DNA from: Schizochytrium sp. TIO01
Taxonomy: Eukaryota > Protista > Bigyra: Labyrinthulomycetes
Assembly (NCBI GenBank): GCA_004764695.1
Contig: SMSO01000033.1
Location: 2,542,001-2,606,000, forward strand
Length of the DNA stretch: 64,000 bases
Direction of reading: 5' to 3'
Shown here: positions 46,501-56,680 of the stretch, piece after piece
How positions within the stretch are numbered: the first letter of the stretch is position 1
Layout of the letters: each line of letters begins with the position of its first letter
Notes under the pieces: model-generated
What the model was told of the DNA's origin: nothing
What the model saw: only the letters and a program-made list of their open reading frames with translations
Databases searched by the model: none
Made by a program: the position numbers and the translations under genes

Positions 46501-47155
46501 AGAGAAAATTCTTCACTTCTTTGAGACCATGTCGCCAAATGCTGCTTTAAGTGACTTATTTCTTGTCGGTCTGCAATCTGCCATTTATGTCTTGAAAAAT
46601 GCAATTGATTCATTCATGAATTATCCAGAGATTCACTCAATCTTATCCCGCAATCTGATGATGGCATCCTCGCAGCTTGGCCGCCTTGATGCAGTACAAA
46701 GTCCAAAACCTGGGTCGCCTTCTCGCCGAGGCCGAGCGCTTGAGCAAGAACTAAAGTTACAAAGGCTTGTTCGTCAGGCAGCTCTTGACGGTTTAGCACG
46801 TACTGAGTTGCTTTTGAGCCTTGCTGCGTCGCTTTTGCATAAGTTTCCTCCGTCTGTTGTGGAGAGTATGTTGACAGAAGAAGAAGCGACTGGTCGTCTT
46901 GTTGCAACTTTGGAGAAGTCTGCCATTGCAGAGCGTCAGCACATTCGATCGCTCTTATTTCCCGAGTCGGTCATGGACTCACTTTCTGTTCCAGAGCCTG
47001 ATCGCCGCGAGTATATTCTCCGAGCGCTAGCACGTCGTGGTGGTTTTCGCGGTGCATCTTCATGGGTACGCCCCGGGGCAAACCGTATGTATGTAGCTAT
47101 GACTCATAATTCTTTTGTGTTGGCAACTTCTCTCACTGAGACAGCCTTTGCGTAA
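43565..47155 (+). CDS. RAB3GAP1: Rab3 GTPase-activating protein catalytic subunit-like, about 1196 aa
   Basis: N-terminal DYSNAS..ETFVAALE..L..W; LWRAFVAELRWYWE; CILHQKLALLNLCI; MTEDMV; LRSEISAFKAAN..ATFEDF; LF....EAEKILHFFE; C-terminal REYILR...NRMYV. Confidence 0.85.
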   Translation: MSEMEAPEWADYSNASAAETFVAALEMLLAQWGLSDALQARPASPANSKLRFRADSEANGDHSERIIHQNKNSTTEDLNFRKDNISGELNRHGYAEVEGEDEDDDDLVEYRSEELPLGKDRYSVLYIPHPDGAFARVPVSPVEARLSLAEVMLLTTSPEFRPLEQPSTLEQLFGVAEYVVLSPTQRRANLNDVSLLLSSASLALPTCARPVPCFVPVPRGSTGDISSPVSSHEGSRNALKRRLQGVVYKLLPQLQKSTISYYGTWTASSESNPGTVIHFNSVEQRLGDVPKTLRSLSGICRLFRGKLGQHSLGSSHHGQKQNAGFNNRSNNEHSDKRLSSGDVLVSIRYTYEGRRHWNPHFLTNPSADAHTRATNWTEWHDSDLSWRLHLDHFGKPPAIIALRGGFGRPPLWGPLSDPIANVGLQILWPAFSDDQVVDNETICTLIPESAPTWVVEACIDAELQDSEVDYGNESLAPEDVYYGHNREADHDCEENSSASSSSEDKSVVENEATCPLSSSVRYLQIMVDASMSDHYRNALLSRLPQDEEDVEREYHQQHNRGYQTRMNNQSFDQQPGGPTQAPARAGRGARNTSLEEARIQGLIKDLFTSSPDAELPRTVLVQLQRLKQLYMEGSLTNHEFRDAKERILIEAGRAGPDLDYGMSSQWADESSAQFNVLQRPCPECWLCSPESCLKTHRVPATRAATSVKGAPEGSLLSVLALRIIPEFGASMSAASALWRAFVAELRWYWENAVLIPVNASSRNPLEPVDHQDCILHQKLALLNLCIAARAHAQFNHESRLDEVASLSNTGIAKAKGVELSGSVSGNRNDDCKGIAEDKNVYEGLEEEGSDTFFDAASSSPISPSHTAQTVGGLSVPWTIENSLMTEDMVRERTELMSSLALKQNTAALHKEMLSTSLRSEISAFKAANVEATFEDFKRFKGRTRMLGDFWRKLWDETEAMTLRDQVRQNPTLFVHAAEAEKILHFFETMSPNAALSDLFLVGLQSAIYVLKNAIDSFMNYPEIHSILSRNLMMASSQLGRLDAVQSPKPGSPSRRGRALEQELKLQRLVRQAALDGLARTELLLSLAASLLHKFPPSVVESMLTEEEATGRLVATLEKSAIAERQHIRSLLFPESVMDSLSVPEPDRREYILRALARRGGFRGASSWVRPGANRMYVAMTHNSFVLATSLTETAFA

Positions 47156-47399
47156 GGACACGTAGATGTGAACGGTGGTTAGCTTTGTAATAAAGAATCT
47201 TGGGAGTGCTGATTAACAGTTAGAAGTTTTCAGTTGGATTTGCTTGCTTTCTAATAAGATGCGGAGAAATTGCTCGTTTTACTTCTCTAGGAACCTGTTG
47301 GTTTGTTGGTATGTTGATTAATTGTTTAAGACTTTAGTATAAATTTAAGGATGACGAAAACCAACTATGGAGTTAGAGGCATTGAAGTTGATGAGTAAA

Positions 47400-50300
47400 T
47401 TACTGTGCAGCTTTGAATTCTTTCCAGCGCTCAGCAAGAATACCCATGACTTTGCTTTTATCATTAACCTCATCAAGGACGGTTTTATAGTTGTCTTTTA
47501 CAAACTGTTGGTACGCGTTAAGCTTCTTCTTTTCGATCTTGTTGCCATTCTCATCAAACTGACCAACAAAAACAAGGCTGCTCCTGCTCTTACACCGGCT
47601 GCAGCACATGCTGTTGACATCAATAGATTTGCTGTGTCGAGTCCATGTTGCTTTGCAGCCAGTGCATTCATAACGAAAGGGTGCGTGGACTTTGTAGTTA
47701 TGGCATGTCGTAACGGGGTAGCGTGGATACACTTGAGTTGCACGCTCGGCCCACTTTACAAACGCTGGGCCGTGTGGAGGTTTCTGTACACCATCAACCA
47801 ACCATGCAGCAGCATGACAAAGTTCGTGTAAAAGTGTCGTGTTGAGGCGCTCTCCATTCGTTATAACCTTGCTCGAAAGTTCGATACGCGCAGAGCGGGT
47901 ACGATCTGATGAGCATTTCATGAAACAAAACCCAGCAGACGATGTCATGCGTGCATTCCACGTGATTTTAAGGTCATATGGGATTTCGCCCCCAAATACT
48001 GTATCGTTGAACTCGGCTAAGAGATCACGAGCAAGCTTTTCCCTGTTCGATTTTGTCACTTTAATGGAGTCCTTGACAGAGGTCCCATTCTGACGCTCCT
48101 TTGAGGTCTTCGAGGCCTTGATTTTGGCAATAGATTTTTCAGCATCGCTCATGTCGCTGAAATCATCGTCGTGGTCGTTCTCACAAAACTCGACACCACT
48201 ACTGCTTTTTGATGATGATGCAACTGACAAAATTTCAACGTCGCTATCGGCATCGGCATCCTCGTCATCCTCATCTTCGTCATCCTCATCTTCGTCGCTG
48301 CTACCTTCGTCGACATAATCCTCATCCTCGTCCTCTTCCTCTGAAAGGTCCTCGTCAGAAGCAATGAAAGAGTCTTCAAGATCATACTCATTTTCACTTT
48401 CTTCGTCTTCATCATCCTCATCAGAGCTTTCAACACGACGAGAAGATCTGATATTTCGTTTTGGCGCCTTACCTTTAGGCATTAGGGGTGTTGATGTTTG
48501 AATACTAAAATTGGACTTTGAAAGTTCGTTCTCATCATTCTCATCATCATCGTCTTCTTCAAAATAGTCGTCATCTTCATCTTCATCAGAAGAAGATAAG
48601 AAGACAACCTTCTGAGGACCTTTACGGGTCGACTTACGAGGAGGAGGTAATGGACTATTTTCATCAAACTCCTCATCAAACTCCTTTGCTGCGGTCGCTT
48701 TATAGGATTTGGGTGGCGGAGTTGATTCGACACGGGGAAGAGGGGTTGATTCGCTCATTGCTAAAGGGGAAGACGATAGATCATAAACAAGCTCCTTTGC
48801 TGCTGTAGCTTTGTAGGATTTGGGTGGCGGGGTGTATTCGCAGGGGGGCAGAGGTGTTGATTCACCAATTGACAAAGGGCTAGTGGGTGGAGTCAAGCGG
48901 AGCGGTGTAGAGGCGGGGACCCTTGTGTGTTCTTTTCCTAGAAAGTCATTGCTTTCAAGTTGCTCGTCCTCATCTTCTTCGTTATTTGTGTGTAAAACAC
49001 GACTCGCGTTTTGGCTCATTTCACGGGATGCCCCGGCAGCGGCCACAGCAGTATTTCTCCTTGGTCGTCGACGAAGTTGTGTTGCGCTTCTTACAGGTGC
49101 AAAAAGAGGACTTTCTTCCTCTTCCTTTTTGTTGCCTGCTTGAATTCTTGTACTAGTAGCTTTCTTCTTTGGAGATGGCGTGTAAATACTATCCTCGTCA
49201 GATTCTCCATCATTCGCGTAGTCCCCATCATCTTGGTCACTTTGCTCATCTTCAAAATCACCATCCGCGTCATCTTGATCAAGATCTATACTACGCGCAC
49301 TACTTGTTGGGGGCAAGACTGCTGTACGTTCTGTGAAGGTTTCATCATTGTCAGAGCTGCTACTGTCGCTAATTGTCGTTGTACCTTTAAGCCCCGCTCC
49401 AGCGCTTTTACTATCCTGTAAATCATCTTCTACATCAGATTCATCGGTTTCACTCAAAGTGCACAAACCCTTTTGTGTTGGGGGCGGTGCCCTTTGTGGC
49501 GGTGTTTGGTTCTCTCCTTGACCTTTAAGGGGAAGGGCAGAGCCTCCTGCACTATTGGTTGCTTTGCTGAAAATGGGTTTCGCTGGACTTGGTGACAGTT
49601 CTCTGTCTTGGATGGAGCTTGCCGTAGACTTGGTTGGGCTCGGTGACATTCCTCTGTCTTGAATGAAGCTTGTAGTAGACTTGGCTGGGCTCGGTGACAA
49701 TTCTCTGCCTTGGATGGAGCTTGCCGTAGACTTGGCTGGGCTCGGTGACATTCCTCCGTCTTGAATGGGGCTTGCCGTAAACTTGGCTGGGCTTGGTGAC
49801 ATTCCCCTATCTTGAGCCAGACTTGGTGCGGCCTTAGGTATGGTTGAAGAGGAGATACGACGTGTTGGTGTTGAATTATCGTTCAAATTGACACAGTTAT
49901 TGAATTTATCGACGAGGTTTTGCTCAAGGAAGCCAGAATCCCGCTCGAAATCGCCTTGTAAGACATCAACGTCTTCCTCTGAAGACAAGGACTGCCGCGC
50001 TGAGACGAATGAGTCTGTATGAATTGGCGAAGAGTCTCCAGCATTGCGTTCATTGAATTGCTGGAAAGGACTTGCACCGAACTGTCTCAAGGCAGCTGGA
50101 GAATCTGCTGAGAAATCTAAGTTTAATCCGTTTCGCAGTGCTTCACACAGATTATCGGTCAAACTGTGATTTGTGTTCTCTTGTTCAATCTTAACTTTTT
50201 TGTCCGATGCTGGCATATCACTTGCCGGCAGGGTAGACGGGTTTCCAATTTTCGGCGACCTTTCTGCAGAATCATCATAGTCCCTAGCAAACGAGCCGTT

Positions 50301-50933
50301 TGTCAAGGAGTCACCATCTGGACTTGCCATTACTTCTGCTGCACGGCGCAAAATAACACTTGCAGGGGTACTTTCCTCGCTCGTTGGCGACTTAATCGTA
50401 TTGATTGGTGTCAAAGTAGAACCAAAGTAAGGGTCGTCGTCTTGCGATGTGCTTCCCCGTTGATCTTTGTGTTGGCCTAATAGCGATGGTGTAGAGCCTG
50501 ATGAGCTATTTGACAATGACGATGATGTTGATGAGGGTACCAAAGGACGCCTTATACGAGCTGGTGTTGTAGGATCATACTTGGTGGAGATATCCGAGAA
50601 CCCTGATTCATAGCCATCGCAATGTCTTGAGTCTAATGATTTCTTTGCCATTGTTCTGCTTTTCTGCCAGTAGGAGAATATTCCTTTTGAGACGCTGTCT
50701 TCGTAGCGTACCACAAAACTGCAGGTTTCTTCTTTTCTGGAGCTGTTTACGTTCTCGACTGGGCGGTGGTATCGAGGGCTGTTTCCACGGTCGAGTCTTT
50801 TGAGGGACGTCGGCAAAGGAATTGGCGTCTCCGGGAGGAACCGGGCCGCTGATTTCGTAGCGAGGTGTCTCCAAAGCTGACCTGCGACCACACAACGATG
50901 CGTCCTGGCACCGCGCTGCGCCCCCAGCAACAT
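47400..50933 (-). CDS. GCNA: GCNA/ACRC-like SprT metalloprotease (long acidic disordered region, SprT, Zn finger, C-terminal HMG-like box)
   Basis: FNDTVF..ITWNARMTSSAG..IELSSKV..RLNTTLLHELCHAAAWL..PHGPAF..W; TCHNY; C..C....RHSKSI..C..C; LNAYQQFVKDNY..VMGILAERWK. Start uncertain (ATG 50933 or 50651). Confidence 0.87.
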   Translation of the reverse strand: MLLGAQRGARTHRCVVAGQLWRHLATKSAARFLPETPIPLPTSLKRLDRGNSPRYHRPVENVNSSRKEETCSFVVRYEDSVSKGIFSYWQKSRTMAKKSLDSRHCDGYESGFSDISTKYDPTTPARIRRPLVPSSTSSSLSNSSSGSTPSLLGQHKDQRGSTSQDDDPYFGSTLTPINTIKSPTSEESTPASVILRRAAEVMASPDGDSLTNGSFARDYDDSAERSPKIGNPSTLPASDMPASDKKVKIEQENTNHSLTDNLCEALRNGLNLDFSADSPAALRQFGASPFQQFNERNAGDSSPIHTDSFVSARQSLSSEEDVDVLQGDFERDSGFLEQNLVDKFNNCVNLNDNSTPTRRISSSTIPKAAPSLAQDRGMSPSPAKFTASPIQDGGMSPSPAKSTASSIQGRELSPSPAKSTTSFIQDRGMSPSPTKSTASSIQDRELSPSPAKPIFSKATNSAGGSALPLKGQGENQTPPQRAPPPTQKGLCTLSETDESDVEDDLQDSKSAGAGLKGTTTISDSSSSDNDETFTERTAVLPPTSSARSIDLDQDDADGDFEDEQSDQDDGDYANDGESDEDSIYTPSPKKKATSTRIQAGNKKEEEESPLFAPVRSATQLRRRPRRNTAVAAAGASREMSQNASRVLHTNNEEDEDEQLESNDFLGKEHTRVPASTPLRLTPPTSPLSIGESTPLPPCEYTPPPKSYKATAAKELVYDLSSSPLAMSESTPLPRVESTPPPKSYKATAAKEFDEEFDENSPLPPPRKSTRKGPQKVVFLSSSDEDEDDDYFEEDDDDENDENELSKSNFSIQTSTPLMPKGKAPKRNIRSSRRVESSDEDDEDEESENEYDLEDSFIASDEDLSEEEDEDEDYVDEGSSDEDEDDEDEDDEDADADSDVEILSVASSSKSSSGVEFCENDHDDDFSDMSDAEKSIAKIKASKTSKERQNGTSVKDSIKVTKSNREKLARDLLAEFNDTVFGGEIPYDLKITWNARMTSSAGFCFMKCSSDRTRSARIELSSKVITNGERLNTTLLHELCHAAAWLVDGVQKPPHGPAFVKWAERATQVYPRYPVTTCHNYKVHAPFRYECTGCKATWTRHSKSIDVNSMCCSRCKSRSSLVFVGQFDENGNKIEKKKLNAYQQFVKDNYKTVLDEVNDKSKVMGILAERWKEFKAAQ
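48681..48881 (-). repeat. In-frame duplication with a 111-bp period within the GCNA-like gene
   Basis: SPLSIGESTPLPPCEYTPPPKSYKATAAKE and SPLAMSESTPLPRVESTPPPKSYKATAAKE. Confidence 0.88.
49578..49814 (-). repeat. In-frame 51-bp (17-aa) coding minisatellite, about 4.6 copies
   Basis: QDRGMSPSPAKFTASPI / QDGGMSPSPAKSTASSI / QGRELSPSPAKSTTSFI / QDRGMSPSPTKSTASSI / QDRELSPSPAK. Confidence 0.92.
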
Positions 50934-51802
50934 GCACTGCGCCGCTTTCGTTCGCGCGGCCAAGGGTTTCGATCTGTTGCGTCTCTTCAGTCGAAGTCCA
51001 AAACATCAGAAAACGAACGAACGAATGAAAAGAAATCAAATCAAATCAAACTAATAACCATATAACACCATCCTAATAAAAATACTAATCACTTTTACTT
51101 TTTTATTTCATATAGAAGTCATAACAGTCATACAATTAATAATCAGAGAAACGAGAGCGCTTTCGCGGCAGTTGCGCATTTTGCAGTCCGGTAATAACCG
51201 CACTGTGGGTTTATATGTTACAAAATACTAATATGTCTTGTATAGATATTAAGAGAAAACGATCAAGAGCAGCACCATCTCGTGAAGGTTTCTTGTGGTG
51301 AATGAGAGCGTGAATATCAATACAACATCAGTAAGTGATTAATTGATGTATTTGTTCCTACCACGTCGTAATGGGCCAAGAAATGAGAGCGTCATAAGTC
51401 GCTTGAGAGCGGTATCAGGGTCTGTTTCATAGAAGTAGTAAATGCAAAGGTTAGAGTGTTTATGATCCAATTACCTGGCTTGGAATGGAATGACCGGAGG
51501 AAGATAATCGAAACGAAATACATTTTGCGTCGGCGAGGGCAGGTAACTAACTCCCTTTCAATGATCTGTGCTGATTCATAATTTTTATGGCTTGGCCCAC
51601 CGTGTGTTGAAGAGGACATAACTTCAGTTATCTATACTGAGCTGCCTGATTAAAGCAGGGTAACCCTGTGCTCTTGAGACACAGGGCAGTTGGAGGGTAG
51701 CAGCAGAACGTAAGCTGGAGTTTATGCTACTGCAAGGAAAGGAAACAAAGTGATGAAACAAGATTTCGATTAAAGGGAAAAGGTCACAGGGGGTTTAGTT
51801 GA

Positions 51803-53722
51803 TTAGTTGCTGTCATTGTTGTTGTCATTGTTCGTTCCATTGAGATCCTTCGGCACGAAGAGCATGCTCTCGAGGAGCCGCTGGCGGACAATATCATGCA
51901 TGGTGGAGTGAGAAGGCGATAGCTGCTGTTGCTGGCGCTGGTGTTGGTGGTTGTTTTGTGAAGAACGGGGCTGAGAGCACATCAATGATGAAAAGAATGG
52001 AACATCAGAGACAGTCCTAGACTGGAGCGTTTCATGAGTAGGAAATGATGATACAGGGGTGTTGCTGTTGTTGCTGCTGCTGCTGCTGCCAGGAGGAAGC
52101 TGTGAGTTCAGTGATGCCAGGCTTCCAGACGAAAGATTTGAAGGTCGAGCAGACACCGCCGCAGCAACAGCGGCAGCAGCAGCGGCGGCGGCGGCTGCTG
52201 CTGCTGCTGCTGATGAATGGCGAGTCGCAGATCCTGCCGCGGATACGGAAGAAGGCGAAGAGATAGATGTAGAAACAAGAGGCGTCGCAGAGGCCATCTC
52301 TCCCAGAGATGATGAGCGACTGAGCATGCCTGCGGCCCCCACCAAAGGGGACCCCGCGGCATGGCTGTGGAATGGGTGTTGTGGTTGCAAAACATGTTGG
52401 TGCTTCGAAGCAGCAGATCCCGAGAGCCAGGGAGCATTCATTGATTGTGAGTGTAAGAAAGGTCCATGCTGAGGAGATGTTGTGCTACTGTTACAACTGC
52501 TATTACTCGCATCACTTGATGCCGAGTGCAAGAGAGGCGAGGATACAGACCTTGGAATAGAGGCGGAATCAGGGCCGGAGCGAACTCGGTTAACCTGAGT
52601 GCCATGTGCAATGCAATATAAGCTACGCCCTCGAGCACCTTTGGAGCAGTCTGGGTATTGGCATCGTCTCCCACCTCCATGCGCTGAACAGAATGGAGTG
52701 GCACCTTGAGCAGATTTTTCACAGGTATCCATTTGGCATCGTCTTCCTCCACCGTGTGATACACAATACCTAGATCCACTTCTGTAAAATTTAATGCACC
52801 CAGGAAACCTACAACGCTTGCCTCTAGGTTTCTTCGGAGACCCTTCACTTTCGTTGGTGACAGCTCCAGGGCTACTACCGCTGCCCGTGGCTCCATCGCT
52901 ATGTGCTATCGAAGAGGACCTGCTGCGCGGGGATACTGGCGGGTGCCCCAAGGTGTGTGCGCGCACCCCTGAAAATTTGGTAGCGTCCTTAGTGGATGAG
53001 GCGCTCTTGGAAGTACCAATGTCATTTGAAGGGTGACATTCGCCGAAGCTAGTGTTTTGGTTGTTGTTGTTGTTGCTGCTGCTGTTGAGGTTGTTTTGCC
53101 CACTGCTGCTACTGCTGCTGCCGCTGCTGTGAAATGTCTGCAGCGTCCTCAGTTTGTGAGTCTCCAGGTGTTGTTGCTGGTGCTGATAGTCGAGAGGGTT
53201 ATTCTCCTGCTTGAGGTAAAACTGTGCCGAGGCGGCGAAGTTCTGGCGAGAAGAGTTGGTGATACTGCTCTCCTGCTTGAAAGAAGAAGCTGCTGAGGCG
53301 CAGGGCTTTGATGAAGAGTTACTTTGTAGTGGTGAATGTGGGAACGAATTTGTGCTGTTTTCACATTGCGTGTTCTTATTGTTGGGGTTCATGGATGTGG
53401 CGGCGGCTGCGAGGTCCTCGAGCTTGAGACGTTTGAGCAGAGGCTGAGGGTTGGAGTCTACCACGATAGTCGTGGAGGCACTGCTATTGAGAACTTGGAA
53501 TGCAGGGAAGACCGCTGTGGGCTGAGTTGCAATGGAAGATCGCTTTTTTGATTTACTACCAGAGCGGTCTTTGAAGTCTGCACCGCGTCGTAGCTTGACA
53601 GCGTTTTCATTGTCCTCTTCTTCAGCGTCCATACTCTGGCAGGCTGTGAATGGTATGTATCGAGTGGAGAATGAGTCCCAGCAGCCACGACCAGCTTCAC
53701 GTGGCTTGCAGTCTAGCAACAT
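51803..53722 (-). CDS. WRKY19-like Cys/His zinc-finger repeat protein (putative transcription factor), low-complexity, about 639 aa
   Basis: Three tandem C-x4-C-x-K-x8-C-x2-H-G units (CRFPGCIKFYRSGSRYCVSHGGG, CQMDTCEKSAQGATPFCSAHGGG, CQYPDCSKGARGRSLYCIAHG) with poly-S/N/Q/A tracts. Start uncertain (ATG 53722 or 53632). Confidence 0.8.
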   Translation of the reverse strand: MLLDCKPREAGRGCWDSFSTRYIPFTACQSMDAEEEDNENAVKLRRGADFKDRSGSKSKKRSSIATQPTAVFPAFQVLNSSASTTIVVDSNPQPLLKRLKLEDLAAAATSMNPNNKNTQCENSTNSFPHSPLQSNSSSKPCASAASSFKQESSITNSSRQNFAASAQFYLKQENNPLDYQHQQQHLETHKLRTLQTFHSSGSSSSSSGQNNLNSSSNNNNNQNTSFGECHPSNDIGTSKSASSTKDATKFSGVRAHTLGHPPVSPRSRSSSIAHSDGATGSGSSPGAVTNESEGSPKKPRGKRCRFPGCIKFYRSGSRYCVSHGGGRRCQMDTCEKSAQGATPFCSAHGGGRRCQYPDCSKGARGRSLYCIAHGTQVNRVRSGPDSASIPRSVSSPLLHSASSDASNSSCNSSTTSPQHGPFLHSQSMNAPWLSGSAASKHQHVLQPQHPFHSHAAGSPLVGAAGMLSRSSSLGEMASATPLVSTSISSPSSVSAAGSATRHSSAAAAAAAAAAAAAAVAAAVSARPSNLSSGSLASLNSQLPPGSSSSSNNSNTPVSSFPTHETLQSRTVSDVPFFSSLMCSQPRSSQNNHQHQRQQQQLSPSHSTMHDIVRQRLLESMLFVPKDLNGTNNDNNNDSN

Positions 53723-56636
53723 GCCGTCTTGCGACTGTGCAAGTGTCTGGTTCTGTTCGAGGCTGCTCAGCGAGCCGTGCGATGCCGCAGGCTCAAGCAG
53801 CGGACGCAGTCGTGCAATTTCTGTCGTGCTCGTCCTGTTTGGGGGGTTCTGGTCTTTTCGTTGGCTGCGTATTGTTGGGTGGTGCAAATCAATTGAGAAA
53901 AACGTATCAGCTTGAAGGCAAAATCAGACACCAGTTCAATGCGCAAGTGGATGATGTCAAAGCCAAGCTTTAGTTTTCTGCTTTCACTGAAAGCGAAGAG
54001 AAGTGCGTCTATCACAGGATGAACCACAAAGACGAATCTGTTTCCTCAATTCCTGGCGTTTACTAGTAAATACTCTGTATATACTACAGTCCGTCTATAC
54101 GCAACACTATCAGCACAAGAATGGACCTCGCCGCAGATCCCTGTACGTTCTACTGCTCCAACGAGAGAGAAAGAACTGCACCTCCACGCTCTGGCAGCTC
54201 TGTCTCGAGCGCCCAGTTCTTAACCTCTCAGTCCGGAGAGAGCGGCAATTCTCGAGTTTCTTCGTCAATAGCAGTAACCTATTACAATGAGCAGCTTGAG
54301 CAGACAAAGAGAGAGAGAGCCTCCTGAGCCTATTTGCAGAGCCTTGCGACTCTGACGGAGCTGTCCGTGTGACAAGAAAAGCCAGGGAGCCAACCGGAGC
54401 CAGACCCGAGCGAGTTGTCGAATCTCAAGAAGACGGCGAAGAAGAAGAAGAAGTCGAGGTCGAAGAAGGAGGAGAGAAAAGAGGCAAAGAACTAAGAATG
54501 AGACGATGAGTCAATATCGAGAAAACAAAACAAAAAACAGAAAAACAGAGAAAGAGAGAAAGGCAATGAATGTGCGGCCAAGCCCGCGACTCTGTCACCC
54601 TCGCAGCGTCGAGATCGCTTGCAGGCGTTCCCAGCCTGATCGGTCCGTCTGTCGTAGGCCAGCAGGTCGCTCCTCGAGGTCAGCAGTCTGGCCTGAGCCG
54701 GCCAGCCAGCTTCTGGGCGTGCTCGAAGAGGGTTTGACCTGGTTGATTCTAGTTTGTTGATTGATTGATCGATCGATCGATCGATCGATTTTCTTTTTAT
54801 CATTTTTTTTTCTTGGCCTCTTTTCTTTTCTTCCATATGTTAGTTTTCTCACAATTTACCATTCTCAGCCCATTTTCATAAGAATATTTATTTTAAAAAT
54901 TATTCAAAGTATGTACTAGGTACCCAGGAAAGAAAACTTTAGTATAATTACAATTCTATTTTTAAAATTATAAAAAAAGGCACTTTGTTACGATTTGTTC
55001 TTACTAAAACAAAAAGCCTAATTCACCCACTCTTTCACTCGCGCTCTTTCTTATTCAAAACAACTAAACAAGAAAGACTGTGCCATGCTGAAAAGTGCTG
55101 CTCCCTTCAGCAGTACGTACCTGCATGTCTACCGCCACATCCACGTTCGCCCTCACTTAATTGTTTGTTTCATTTAAGATATATCAAAAATATTGGATAA
55201 ATACGGAGTTTAACGTCAAAAACCAGAGAAACTATGATTTTTTCAAAACATTAGTTTTTATCTTATAACAAAACAATTTTTTCAATACATTATTAAAATT
55301 AAAAAAGTCAATATGTATTTTTAAGTTGTAAAAAACAAATAAAAAACTTATGTTTTCTTCGAGACGCAGACAATTTCATTCTTTATTTAACTAAAAAAGA
55401 AAGAAAATACTATTTAAAAAAAAAAAAAGAAGAAAAAGAAAAAGAGAAAAGAGAAAAGGTAGATTTAGTTAGCAACGCATTTGTACATTTGAAGTACGAA
55501 GGGCTTTTCTATTCTTTCAAGTTTTCGTCGGTAGTTTCTTCTTCCCTGAAAGGCCTTTCGGGTGTTTGTTTGCTCTTCTTGGTCTTTCTTTCTGGAAGTC
55601 CTCACGAGTTCCTCCTCTCCGACAAACCTTGCAAAGGACCTCCTCCTCTCCCCTCATAAGCACGTGTCCACACCTCTCTTCGAGCCCTTCTCCCTTTCTC
55701 AGGCCCAGCTTTCGCCCTCTTTCCGCGCCTTCTTCGCTCCTCTGCTCTGCTCTGCGCGTCTCTCCGTTCTCTTCTTTCTCTTTCTGCCGTGAGAAAAGAT
55801 CTCTTTCTCTCTCCTCCTCTCTTTCCGAATATTTCTTAGTTTTAAAAGAAAAATGAAAATAACATCATATTTTCGTATATATTGTGGTTTTTACGCGCCG
55901 TAGTGAGGTGGCTACTGCAATCGCTAAGCCTCCCTTGCTAGCATTAGTCGGTTAGCAGTACCTATCAGGGTGGTAGTGAGAGGGTAGATAAGGCTACTGC
56001 TGCTTCTACCAGTTAGGTCACATTGTTTGTTATACTACGCAACTCATCTGAGGTCCCTAATTCGTCCACGAGTCATCGAAACTGAGAAAAGATGCGCTCG
56101 AAGATGGAGAAGAAGGAAAGTACCGCAGAGTCCTTGTTGGGTTTTTAATGAAGGTACTCGACTCTCAAAAGAAGAACAAGAGAGCGCCATCTTTTCTTTG
56201 CCTCAGTTCTGCTCGAAACCAGGAGTGCCCATACATATAATAATATTAGTTCTAGCTAGTAATACCAGTAGTAGTGCCATAATGCTGAATGGAAATTGTG
56301 AAAATTGTAATACCTATACCTACCCAGGAAATAGCAGCCATCTATGAGTAAGCAAAGCAATAACGGAGACAGACTTTGCTCTAAATAAACGTTGCGGAAA
56401 GAGAAGCTTCGCGCAAAGACCTGAGAATGATACTTCCCTTTCGACCCTTACGAACGAAATCCAAATCAAACGCTCTTTTCCTGGTTTATTTATTTGATGA
56501 ATTAGTATGTTGACAAAATTATCATAGGTAGTATGTTATTCTAAGATGGTTCGTTCGCCGTTGTGGGTTGAGACACCACCGCGTTTTACATGGTATGAGA
56601 TATATGGGCTCTGTGGATGTATGTATTTGTTTACAT

Positions 56637-56680
56637 ACGTATGCATGTATGTATGTATGTATGTATGAATGTATGTATGT
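56637..56680. repeat. Imperfect (TATG)n microsatellite
   Basis: gtatgcatgtatgtatgtatgtatgtatgaatgtatgtatgt. Confidence 0.8.
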
